Origin: Paraspadella gotoi
Taxonomy: Eukaryota > Animalia > Chaetognatha
Length of the DNA stretch: 64,000 bases
Direction: 5' to 3'
Assembly (NCBI GenBank): GCA_051294375.1
Contig: CM119268.1
Location: 5,895,525 to 5,959,524 of the forward strand
This document shows, piece by piece, positions 42,936 through 54,460 of this stretch (within the stretch, counting starts at the first letter, position 1; each line of letters opens with the position of its first letter). A model generated the notes under the pieces. The model saw only the letters and a list, made by a program, of their open reading frames with translations, ran no database searches and was not told where the DNA came from. Both the position numbers and the translations under genes were made by a program.

Positions 42936-43700
42936 ATGATTTGCTGAAAATTTGTACAGTTTTTGTGTGAAAGAAGGGAGAGAGATGAGAGACGAGAGAG
43001 AGAGATAGGGCACAAAGTTTCCAACAGCAGAGTTGAGAAAAAATAATAGTGGTCAAGTGTGAGACAGGTAAGAGATGAGACAGATAGAGATTTAGTTTTG
43101 AATAAGAAATGAAATGGTCAGAGTGAGAGAGATTGAGGAGAGAGAGCAGAGGGAGAGAGAGAGGAGAGAGAGAGAGACAGGCGAGTGATAGAAAAATTAC
43201 ATTTCAAATGACCCAGCCCCATCCGCCCCGAGCCTCTCAGTTTGTCCAAACCAAGGGGGCCAGTCACTTTGAGCTCTTTCCTTAATTCTTAATTTCTAAC
43301 TTTATTAACAATTCTTTACACTAAATGTATCTTCTCACTTTCACATTTCATTTTCACCTTCACTTATTTATTTATTTAAATAGCTTAATTGTTAAATAAC
43401 AGTTTAAAACTTTATTTGTTGTACATTTGAAATGTATTTTCTTTTCTCCCTTCTCGTCCTCTCTCCCTCTCTCTCTCCCTCTCTCTCTCTCTCTCGAATC
43501 TCTCTCACTCTGACCATTTCATTTCTTATTCAAACTAAAATCTCTTATCGTGTCCTCATTCTTAACCTGTCCTCACCACTTGACCACTATTTATTTGGTT
43601 TTCTCACTCTGTGTTGGAAACTTTGCCCTCTATCTCTCTCTCTCTCCTCTCTCTCTCCCTTCTTTCACACAAAAAAACTGTACAAATTTTCACCAAATCA

Positions 43701-43745
43701 TTACCGCGAAAAGGCTTGCATCCAAAGCCCGAAACATTTACGTTT
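43701..43745 (+). ncRNA. Degenerate mirror copy of the hammerhead motif
   Basis: TTACCGCGAAAAGGCTTGCATCCAAAGCCCGAAACATTTACGTT; the core is damaged by indels. Confidence 0.45.
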
Positions 43746-43939
43746 TCTTATGATAAAATAAAATTTGTGTGAAAACAAAAATCATTGTCTGCACAACATT
43801 ACAGTAACAACAACGAAAAAGAAAGGTTATACCAAACTAATTAAAATAGCTAACTCGTAAGCATGAAAGAATGATAAACTATAACTTTAAATTACACTCT
43901 CCTCAATTTCATTCTCGTCTTCTCTCTCTTCTCTCCTCT

Positions 43940-43972
<33 letters not shown>

Positions 43973-44911
43973 TTTTCGCTTATTTATATACCACATATAA
44001 AAACCTTTTTTTTGCCACTAAATGAGAAATCCGCCCCAAAATGCTTTATATGAACGATAAACAACAACAACAATAACAACAACGGACAATCATCATCCCG
44101 TGACAGATTTCTGACTTTTCGTTCGCTGCTTAATAGTCCGCGAGAGAGAAGAGAAGAGGGCGAGAGAGAGAGAAGACGAGAAGAGGAGAGAGAGAGAGAG
44201 AGAGAGAGAGGAAGAGAGAGAGAGGAGAGAGAGAGAAGAGAAGAGAGAGAGAGAGAGATGAGAGAGAGAGAGAATATGATAGGGATTGGATTCCGTCGTT
44301 TAAGCGTCGATCATCTCACTGACCTACGTGAAGAGACACGCGCCACACCCACGAGCACTGAACGACGACGCGACGTGACGACGACGACGACGACGACGAC
44401 CATACGTTGCTCTTTTCATATTCATTCAGTCGTTTTTTTATCGATGTGGTTTGCATTCGCGGGCCGAAAGATGATGGGTGGATGGAATGCTTGGGTGGGT
44501 TTGAGTCGTTGCTGGTGGGCGAGGGAGAGATGATTCGCTTGCTGCTTGGAACGTACGGGTTTTGAAAGTAGGATGAAGCCAAACGATTATTTTTTGCTAG
44601 GTTACTCTCTAATCTAATTATATTTTCGTAAAAATTAACGGAATAATTAATTTTTTTTATTGTTAAATTAAAAAAGGTAAGTGATCCAGATACAGATGAC
44701 GACGACGGTCGATGATGATGATAATGATGTTGATTGATGATGATGATGATGATGATGATGATGACCGATGATGATGATGATGATGTTATGATGTGAGTTA
44801 TGGGAGTGTGTGATGTAAAATGGCTACGTTTCTTTAACCTTATAAAAATTATCAAAACCAAAGAAACAATTATTTTGTCGAAGGAAACCGAAATTTTTTG
44901 TTGAATATCTT

Positions 44912-45479
44912 CAAAAATAACAAAGATATCGAGGCTTTACCGAACTTGACCTCGAATGACAAAGGCCGCAATCGTTTACTCCTAACTCTTTAAAGTTGTT
45001 CATCAACCTTTGTGCCTCAAACAAAACTTTTTATGGTTAGTAGATGATTTTTTTTAATTAAACAAATTAAGTATTTCGAATAGGTTATGTTTATCTGATG
45101 ATAAATGAAAAATTATGATTTATGATAATAAATAATTTAGATCGCAGTCATAGCTTTATATCATTTTTGTCAATGAAACTGGATTTTTTTTTCCAAACCC
45201 GCCAGAGAAATTTTGCAGGATTCGCTAACTTACATATTAAATACTTACAATATATATAACTACATATACTACAATTATACTACACGGATATAAAAAGTTA
45301 ATACTAAAAGCAATAAGACTCAACAAATGTTTTTAGTATCTTCGTTCTATTTGCGAAGAATCTCTTAGTAGCTTCCAGCCTCAGAATCAATCAAATCATT
45401 GAATGTCAAAACTAAATACAAAAGTTGTTTCCTTCCTCTCTCTCTCCTCTTCTCTCTCATCCTCCTCCTCTCTTCTCTC

Positions 45480-45512
<33 letters not shown>

Positions 45513-46439
45513 TCTCTTGTTCCTTCACATTATATTCCTCCTCATCCTTCTATCCATTCTCTTCTTCCTTCCACTTTTTTCTTTTTTTCTTTTCTTTCTT
45601 CCTTATTCCTTTTCTTTTCCTTTTATCCTTTACGTCTTTTATACTCATTCTTTATTATTTTTCTATTTCTCACTTCTTCTTCTCTTTCTTTTCTTTCCTG
45701 TTTCTCTTTTCCTTTCCTCCTCTTCATATCCTCATTTCCTTCCCCCCTCTCTTCTCCCTCTCCTTTTCCTCTCCATTCCATCCAGTCCCTCTCCTCTCTT
45801 CTCCCTCCATCACCTCTCCTTTCCCTCCCCCCTCTCTTCTCCCTCCCTCCAGTCCCTCCCTTTCCCTCCCTCCTCCTATTCTTCTCCTTCCCTTCTCTTC
45901 TCTTCTTCCTCCTCCCTCTCTTCTCCCCTCTCCTCCCTCTCTCTTCCTCCTCTCCCTCCTTCTTCATCTTCCGTGTTTCCCTTCCTTTCCTTTCCTTCCC
46001 TTTCTCCTTCCATCACCCTTTCCTCCATCTTCTCCTCTCCTCTCCCAAATCTTCCTCCTCCCTCCTACCTTCAATCTTCATCTCCCTTCCCCTGCTCCTT
46101 CTTCTTCCTCCCTCATCCCTTGCCTCCTCTTCTCATCCCTCCCTCTCCTACTCTCCCTTCTATCTTCCTAGACCTCTTCTCCTTCTTCTCCCTCTCTTTT
46201 CTCCCTCTCTCCTTCTTTCCCTATCTGTCTCTCCCTCTCTCTCCCACCCCACGGGCTTCTGCAAAGGCCTTCTTTCGCTTGACTTACTTCCTCTTCGGTG
46301 CTGAACCGCATTTTTACGTCTGACATCAACAGCTAAACTTAAAAGTCTGACACTCTATAATTTATACCTCGGGGGACAGAGGAGCAGAGAGAGAGAGAGA
46401 GAGACGAGAGAGAAAGAGAGAGAGAGAAGAGAGACGAGA

Positions 46440-46470
<31 letters not shown>

Positions 46471-47628
46471 AAAGGAGGGGGGAAGCGAGAGAGAGAGAAA
46501 AAAAGAAAAAAGAATTAATTAACGACGATATCAAATTAAAAATATGAACAATGAAAAAATTCAAAACTAATTTAATAACTAGTTTAATACTTAATTATCT
46601 ATAAGAAAATAAATAAAATAAAATCTAAACTGAGATAGAAAGAAGGAAAACAAAATAAATCCAAACGTGAATTAGGTCTTTAATTATATTAAAAGATACA
46701 ATAATTTCAACTGGATGCACTAAATGAAGGAGAAATTGTTCTAAGTCAAGAGAGAAGAGAGCAGAGAGAGAAGGAGAGGAGAGAGAGAAGCATACAAACC
46801 GATAGAGAGAGAGAGAGATTTCAGTGAGATGAGATTCGGTTTAACAATGACGTTTAACTTCCAACTTGAGACTTAACTTCAATGGGTAATTAAATGACAC
46901 AGACAGACCCCTGGGAGGCGAACAATCACTTCTATCTTTCTTCTCTTTTTTTATTTCTTAAGAGAAAATCAACTGCTAGAACCTCGTCTCTCATGTGTAA
47001 CTACATTTTTCATAATTAGTTAAAAGGTTTATAGAGAAGGAAAAAAAAAAAGGAAGAACGAATATAGCTGTAATATACTTACTTCTCAAATATATATATA
47101 ATCTAAAATAAACAAAGATATCGAGGTTACCGAACTTGGACCTCGAATGAAAAAAGGCCGCAATGTTTACTCCTAACTCTTTAAATGTTGTTCATCAACC
47201 TTTGGGCTCAACAAAACATTTTTATGTTATGTAGATGATTTTTTTTAATTAAACAAAATTAAGTAATTCGAATAGTTTATGTTTATCAGATGATAAATGA
47301 AAAATTATGATTTATGATATAAATAATTTAGATCCAGTCTAGCTATAGTATCATTTTTTGTCAATGAAACTGGATTTTTTTTCCAAACCCGCCAGAGAAA
47401 TATTTTGCAGGTGTATTTCGAACTATACTACATATTCAAATACTTCAGATACTATATATACTACATATACTACATATTATACTACACGGATATAAAAGTT
47501 AATACTAAAAAGGCAATAAGACTCAACAAATGTTTTAAGTATTTCTCGTTCTATTTGCGGAAGAATCTCTTAGTAGCTTCCAGCTCAGAATCAATCAAAT
47601 CATGAATGTCAAACTAAATACAAAAGTT

Positions 47629-47720
<92 letters not shown>

Positions 47721-48863
47721 TTGTCCTTCACATTATATTCCTCCTCATCCTTCTATCCTTTCTCTCTTCCTTCCTACTTTTTTCTTTTTTTATTTTCTTT
47801 CTTTCCTTATCTCTTTTCTTTCCTTTTATCCTTTACGTCTTTTATACTCATTCTTTATTATTTTCCTTTTATTTCTCACTTCTTTCTTCTCTTTCTTCTT
47901 CTTTCCTGTTTCTCTTTTCCTTTCCTCCTTCTTCTATCCTATTCCTTCCCTCCCTCTCTTCTCCCTCCCTTTTCCCTCTCCTCTCCATCCATCCCTCTCT
48001 CTCTTCTCCCTCCATCACCTCTCCTTCCCTCCCTCCCTCTCTTCTCCCTCTCTCCCTCGCTCTCTTTTTCCTCCCTCCCTCCTTCTCTTCTTCTTTCGTG
48101 TTTCTCCTTTCCTTTCCTTTCTCCTTCCCTCTCTCCTTCCATCCTCCTCTTCCTCCCTCTCTCCCTCCCTCCCAATATTCTTCCTCTATTCTACCTTTCA
48201 TTCTCCCTCCTCCCTCTCCCCTGTGCCTCCTTTCTTTTTTCTCATCGCTCCCTCCCTTCCTCTCTCCCTCTCTCTATCTCCTAGCCTCTCTCTCCTCTTC
48301 TCCCTCTCTTTTCTCCCTCTCTCCTTCTTTCCCTATGTCTCTCCCTCTCTCTCCCCCCCACGGGCTTCTGCAAAGGCCTTCTTTCGCTTGACTTACTTCC
48401 TCTTCGGTGTGAACCGATTTTTTACGTCTGACTATCAACAGCTAAACTTAAAAATAGTCTGACACTCTATATAATTTATCGGGAGGACGAAGACAGCGGA
48501 GAGAGAGAGAGAATGAGAAAGAGAGAGAGAGAGAGAGAGAGAAATGAGAGAGAGAGAGAGAACAGAGAGAGACTGGAGAGAGAGAGATAAGGAGGGGGGA
48601 AGCGAGAGAGAGAGAAAAAGAGAAAAAAAGAATTAAATTAACGAACGATATCAAATTAAAATATGAACAATGAAAAAATCAAAAACTAATTTAATAACTA
48701 GTTAATACTTAATTATCTATAAGAAAATAAATAAAATAAAATCTAAACTGAGATAGAAAGAAGGAAAAAAAATAATCAAACGTGAATTTGGTCTTTAATT
48801 ATATTAAAAGACTGACAAGTAATTTTCAACTGGATGCTAATTGAAGGAGAAATTGTTCTAAGT

Positions 48864-48904
<41 letters not shown>

Positions 48905-49090
48905 CTACAGAACCAGATAGAGAGAGAGAGAGATTTCATGAGATGAGATGTCGTTTTAACAATGACGTTTAACTTCAACTTGAGACTTAACTTCTTAGGG
49001 GTTAATTGAACCGAGCGCCAACCCTGAGGGGAACTCACTCTCTATCTTTCTCTCTTTTTTTATTTCTTGAGAAAATCAACTCTCTCTCTC
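44912..49090 (+). repeat. Block C tandem duplication (~44912-47000 and ~47105-49090)
   Basis: Anchors AAAGATATCGAGG (44922/47114) and CGGGCTTCTGCAAAGGCCTTC (46252/48361). Confidence 0.9.
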
Positions 49091-49342
49091 TCTCTTTCTT
49101 ACTTTTTCTTTAAGTTAAAAAAGGTTTTTAGGGTAAAAAAAAAACCAATTGTGTTTTTAAAAAAAGCTGTGAAAACTTGGAAAAAGATAGTACAAAAAAT
49201 TAAAGAAAAGATAGAAAAAGAAAAAATAGAAAAAGATAAAAAAGAAAGAGGAAGAGTGTTTGTATCTGTAATGAGATACAGTTGGAAAGGTCAAGAGGTC
49301 TTACGCTCGCCTGAGGAGACTGAAAGAGCGAAAGAGGAAAGC

Positions 49343-49511
49343 NNNNNNNNNNNNNNNNNNNNNNNNNNNNNNNNNNNNNNNNNNNNNNNNNNNNNNNNNN
49401 NNNNNNNNNNNNNNNNNNNNNNNNNNNNNNNNNNNNNNNNNNNNNNNNNNNNNNNNNNNNNNNNNNNNNNNNNNNNNNNNNNNNNNNNNNNNNNNNNNNN
49501 NNNNNNNNNNN
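49343..49511. other. Assembly gap (169 N)
   Basis: N run. Confidence 0.99.
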
Positions 49512-50068
49512 GAGAGAGAGAGAGAGAGAGAGAGAGAAAGAAATTAGGAAGTGGTATTTTATTGTACCTTTGCAATGACACAATAAATATTTTTTACAGG
49601 AAGGTGACAAAATATAATACATTTTTATTTTTGAATATGAATATATTTTTATTTATTTTTGTTAATATTAAAAACTTTAAGGTTAAGTAAGATTCTTGTA
49701 AAAAAAAACAAGAATTTCTCACACCAAGTTATGCGGTGGTTTGATATTAATAATAATATTAATAGTAATATTGAGTATAAGAGTTTCCTTTTTTTCAATG
49801 AAAAATGATGTCGGCTTCGTCTCTCCCCCCCCCCTCCGCCTCCCGCGAAATTCTCTTCGGCTAAAAAAGCGCAAAGTCAGAGAAAAACTTCTTTTTCGCT
49901 TTTTTACGTTTTTTTTTTTGAAAAAAAAAAGAAGAGAGAAGAAAAAGTAGATAATAGAAAAATTTTAAAAGTAGATTATAGTGAATAGAATAGAATACAA
50001 TATAATACCATATATATATAATACCATATAATACAATAATACCATATAATACCATATAATACCATAAT

Positions 50069-50114
50069 ACCAGTCTCTTCGGAGGCGTGGGTTCGAATCC
50101 CACCGCTGCCACCA
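50069..50114 (+). pseudogene. tRNA-Leu 3'-half copy with CCA (extended PBS)
   Basis: ACCAGTCTCTTCGGAGGCGTGGGTTCGAATCCCACCGCTGCCACCA matches the conserved metazoan tRNA-Leu(AAG/TAG) 3' half from about position 39, plus CCA. No D arm or anticodon upstream. Confidence 0.92.
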
Positions 50115-50117
50115 CAT

Positions 50118-50422
50118 TGAAGGAGAAACTCATGGATTTCTTGGATGAAATCAAAACGAGATTTATTCTGAGATAAATAAGGTGACGGTGAGACACACGC
50201 AGGAGTCCAGATCAATTCTACTGAAACTAAGGAAAGCAAGGTCTATTTATATCTAGAGAAGAGGATCAGAGGCAAGAGTGATTTTGACAGTTTTATCGAT
50301 CCTGCAAGCTGATTGGTTCCGTATCGACCAATCACAGTTCAGTGATTCCATTCTAGCGGCGATCGCCCGATCCTCCGATCCGATTTCACGTTAGGTGAGG
50401 CTGAGTCTCCTGCGATGATACA
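50118..50422 (-). mobile_element. Solo LTR of a tRNA-Leu-primed LTR retrotransposon (copy 2)
   Basis: The - strand begins TGTATC and ends CTTCA, with CCAAT, TATAAATA (50244-50251), TCAGT (50220-50224) and AATAAA (50162-50167), then a 3-nt spacer and the PBS. Confidence 0.85.
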
Positions 50423-50831
50423 ATAGAAAAAAAGGAGATATGGTAGTGTGAAATTTCTTTTTTCAAAATCTTTCTCTATCTCCTTTCTCTCTTTCCATCT
50501 CTCTCTCTCTCTCTCTTCTTCAAAATACTTTCCCATTGTTACTGTGTTAAACATTCACATTTTGAGCATAATAAATAAATCAATCAATCAATCTCTCACT
50601 CCTTCTCTCTCTCTCCCTCTCTGTCTCTATATTTCACTCTTTCCCCTCTTTCTCTCACTCTCTCTCTATCCCTCTATAAGACTTTCCCTTCTTGGCCCAT
50701 TTATGCTTTTCCACTTATCACCTCAGGAACCAAAAAAAAAAGTTTTCCTTCAATTTTTCATTTTTCCCTAAATTTTTAAGTTTCGTTTCACCGAAAAGAC
50801 GATTCGCCCATAGAGACCCATACCGCTCCTC

Positions 50832-50925
50832 TTTTCTTTTCTTTTCTTTTCTTTTCTTTTCTTTTCTTTTCTTTTCTTTTCTTTTCTTTTCTTTTCTTTT
50901 CTTTTCTTTTCTTTTCTTTTCTTTT
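50832..50925. repeat. (TTTTC)n microsatellite
   Basis: Directly visible. Confidence 0.95.
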
Positions 50926-51923
50926 TTTTTTCTTTTCTTATCGTTTCTTTTTTAATTACCATTTTAACATATTTTTTTCTTCTTTCCTCCCTTTCTTTCT
51001 AATTCTTTTTTTCCTCCTTTTTTTTCTTCTCTATCCTCCCCTTCCTCCCCTTCTTTTCTTTTTTTTAGTTTTTTCTTTCCTCCCCTTCTTCACTTTTTCT
51101 TATTTCCTCCCTTTCTTTCTATTTCTTTCTTTTCTCCTTTTATTTCTTCTCTTTCTTCCATTTCCTCCTAATCTTTATTTTTTTCTCGTTTCTCCTTTCT
51201 TCCCCTTCTTTCCTTCTTTTTCTTTCCTCCTTTCCTCCCTTTCTTTCTATTTCCTTCTTTCCTCCACTATTTTCCTTCTCTTTCCTCCCTCCCCTTCTTT
51301 CCTTCCTCCCCTTCTTTCCTTCCTCCCCTTCTTTCCTCCTTTCCTCCCTTTCTTTCTATTTCCTTTCCTCCAATATTTTCCTTCTCTTTTCTCCCTCCCC
51401 TTCTTTCCTTTTCTCCCTTTCCTCCCTCTCCCATCCACCACCCTGGAATCTTCTTCCGCCTCAAACTTCCCCGGCCTCCGACGCATAAAGGGAAGTCATT
51501 TATTCATGGCGACATAATCTTTCAGAATTCTTACGCTTTTTTCCGCTCATTTTTTTTTAATAGTATTTTATTCTATATTTAGGTGGATTAATTTTTTCCG
51601 TCTTTTCGAAGGCCATTTATTGTTATCAATTGCGTGTAGAAAGGCTCATATTTTTTTTTATTTCCTACTGGACAGAAAATATAATTTTCACTCATTTTTT
51701 GGTCATGCAATTTTTGGAGTTATGAGTAAGTTATTATTGGATGCTTACTATAATTACTTCATTACTTACATCTCTTGCGTTGGTATCATCATTCAAAATG
51801 TTAATTATATTAAATTGTGTTTAAATTTCTACTCACTAATTGAAAAAAAATTTATGAAAAGATTTTTATTTCCTTTTGTAAACTTTTCACGAGGAATTTA
51901 CAAACAAGATCGGTGCATCCAAT

Positions 51924-52231
51924 AATGTGTTGCGCCGAAGTGATATTCTTTTTACGTGTATTTCCCTGTAATCACATTTACTTTACCCGCAATAACTTGA
52001 TCGTGATAACGTGACTGGAGTTTTACGAGGTGCATTGAATTCTTTATAGTTTTAGGATTTCCTAAAGGCGGCGCTAGCAGTCACTTAGATTTAAAGTTTT
52101 TTTTTCCTGTTTTAACAAGTGAGCAACCAACTACAGGTTTTTTAACGTGGGACAGACCGACGGACAGATATACCGACCGACCGACCGACCGACCGACCGA
52201 ACGATTGACCGACCGACGGTGCAACTAAAAA
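51924..52231 (-). mobile_element. HINE-like family A element, second full-length copy
   Basis: AATGTGTTGCGCCG ... TTCTTTATAGTTTTAGGATTTCCT ... GCAGTCACTTAGATTT ... (GACC)n ... GCAACTAAAAA, colinear with 2572-2862. Confidence 0.6.
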
Positions 52232-52492
52232 CTTCTTCGAAATTTTCACTTTAAAAGATAACTTTTTTCATTTAAAATTGTCCACAGGTTGCAAACGTTC
52301 TTGCTTCACTATTCGAATTTTGATTCTACTTGATTTTGTAGTTTTTGCTAAGTTTTACTAAGTAATCGTCTTGTCTCGTCTCGAGGCAAGAAAGAATCCA
52401 CAATTAATGAATAATAGATCAATTTTTCAAAACGTTTTAAACACATGAATAGTCATCGACTTTTAATTTACCCTCTTTCCTTCTTACGTAAG

Positions 52493-52534
<42 letters not shown>

Positions 52535-52652
52535 CTTTTGTTTTCTCTTCCTTTCTCTTCTCTCTTCTCTCATTTATCCTTTTACTCTGATCGACGTTTA
52601 AAGAAACGAAAAAAAAAAGTTGATGAAGACAAAATCCCGAAGGGAACGAGAA

Positions 52653-52683
<31 letters not shown>

Positions 52684-53122
52684 TTTGACAAAGATGACAA
52701 AGATGACAAAGATGACAAAGATGAGGAAGTTCACAAAGCTGACGAAAAGAAACTTAAACTTTACTTAAATGTAAAGATGTACATTACCATTGCATGTTGA
52801 CGTCAAATTCCCTGCAGTCAACATCAACGACGACAACGAAGTCGATGACGACTACAATGACAATAGAAAAGAGGCCATTGAGGAATTCCCGTGGGCGGCA
52901 GAATCGTGGACAATGTCGCTGACGAAGAGGAGGAAACGAGGGGCATTGTTGCAAGCAAAGCTCTCGAGGGACAAATTAAATGTTGACGATGACATTTACA
53001 AAAATGTGGACAATGACGAAAATGACGACAAAGGAGAATAGGACAAGTAATACGACAATGACGATAGGCACGGTCCTGTCGAGACGATCCTGTGAGAGAT
53101 TAGAAATCACAAAACTAAACGC

Positions 53123-53222
53123 NNNNNNNNNNNNNNNNNNNNNNNNNNNNNNNNNNNNNNNNNNNNNNNNNNNNNNNNNNNNNNNNNNNNNNNNNNNNNN
53201 NNNNNNNNNNNNNNNNNNNNNN
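53123..53222. other. Assembly gap (100 N, probable scaffold join)
   Basis: Round-number N run; sequence character changes afterwards. Confidence 0.95.
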
Positions 53223-53273
53223 ACAATTTTAGTTTTGTTTACGTTTTCGAACGTATAATCAATATAAATAAAT

Positions 53274-53545
53274 ATGGAGTACGTCGGTCCACGCCCACGC
53301 AACGATTCTGCGCCAAGCCCCGGGCGCCTTACAAGCGCCAAGCAACCTCTCGTTCGCTCAGAGGCGGGCGACCGTCACCTCGTGATTCATCAAATCCCTG
53401 GCAGACGTCCCTCGGCGCCCGTTTTGCCCAAATCCGCGCCGAGAGCGAGTCCACCAACGCCCGTATTGATGAACTCAAGGGCCTCGTTCTCTCACTACAG
53501 TCCACCCTTGACGCCGCCTTGACTGCTCTGTCGAGGCCTCCAGAA
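53274..53545 (+). pseudogene. GC-rich coiled-coil ORF fragment (retroelement ORF1/Gag-like?)
   Basis: The frame of 53402-53545 reads QTSLGARFAQIRAESESTNARIDELKGLVLSLQSTLDAALTALSRPPE. The ATG at 53274 is one base out of frame here but in frame in the inverted copy. Confidence 0.45.
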
Positions 53546-53570
53546 NNNNNNNNNNNNNNNNNNNNNNNNN

Positions 53571-54068
53571 AAGGCGGAGTACGCGGAGTCGGCAAAGTGG
53601 GGATGACGCCGGTTCATCAATTCTCACCCTCTTGGATTTGCGTACTGGCCAAGAGTCCGTTGTACCCTCTGGGATCGAGGTCGCATCGGCGGCGGAGCGG
53701 CGGAGAGAAGGGATTACGCCTGTTCGTTTCTGGAGGCCACTCGACAGAGCAGTTCAAAGGCGTGGGCGTCAAGGTGAGCTGTAGTGAAGAGAACGAGGCC
53801 CTTGAGTTCAATCAATACGGGCGTTGGTGGACTCGCTCATGCGGCGGCGGATTTTGGGCAAAACGGGCGCCGAGGGACGTCTGCCAGGGAATTTGATGAA
53901 TCACGAGGTGACGGTCGCCCGCCTCTGAGCGAACGAGAGGTTGCTTGGCGCTTGTAAGGCGCCCGGGGCTTGGCGCAGAATCGTTGCGTGGGCGTGGACG
54001 CGACGTACTCCATATTTATTTATATTGATTATACGTTCGTATAAACGTAAAACAAAACTAAAAATTGT
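53571..54068 (-). pseudogene. Inverted second copy of the coiled-coil ORF region (ATG at 54013)
   Basis: 53728-54068 is the reverse complement of 53223-53545 with indels; 53571-53727 extends it. Confidence 0.5.
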
Positions 54069-54460
54069 CATAACAAGGATAAAAAAAAAATGTCTAAAAG
54101 GTATCAAAGGGAATGTCCCAGAAGAAGCGTCGGCAATACAATTGCGGTGGACTCAAAAAATAAGAAATTTAGAGAAAAATTCGAGACGGTGTTCTTTGTG
54201 AGAAGAGAAAACATATATTAACGAAAAACAGAGTAAAAATCAAAAAGGTAAAAAAATAACAACAACAACAAATACGTATTTACAATTGGCTGGAAAAGGT
54301 CAAAGCCATAACAAGGTCATTCGTTTGGATATGAACGGTCCATTCTTTACTGACGCAACTGACGGGTCACATAAGTACAAAAGACTTCGTCGTCGTCTTC
54401 GTGTATATATTCGTCGTCGTCGTCGTCTTTAGTTTGAATCATTTGAGTTCCCAAAATTAT

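Larger units (their letters stand above)
42850..43790. repeat. ~360-bp inverted repeat arms (42850-43212 / 43421-43790) with a ~210-bp spacer
   Basis: TGTACAGTTTTTGTGTGAAAGAAGGGAG versus CTCCCTTCTTTCACACAAAAAAACTGTACA; inner ends TACATTTCAAATG / CATTTGAAATGTA. Confidence 0.88.

Noticed and set aside
50040-50114. Functional tRNA-Leu gene
   Set aside because: Only the 3' half is present, CCA is encoded, and there is no A box or anticodon; it is retro-derived.
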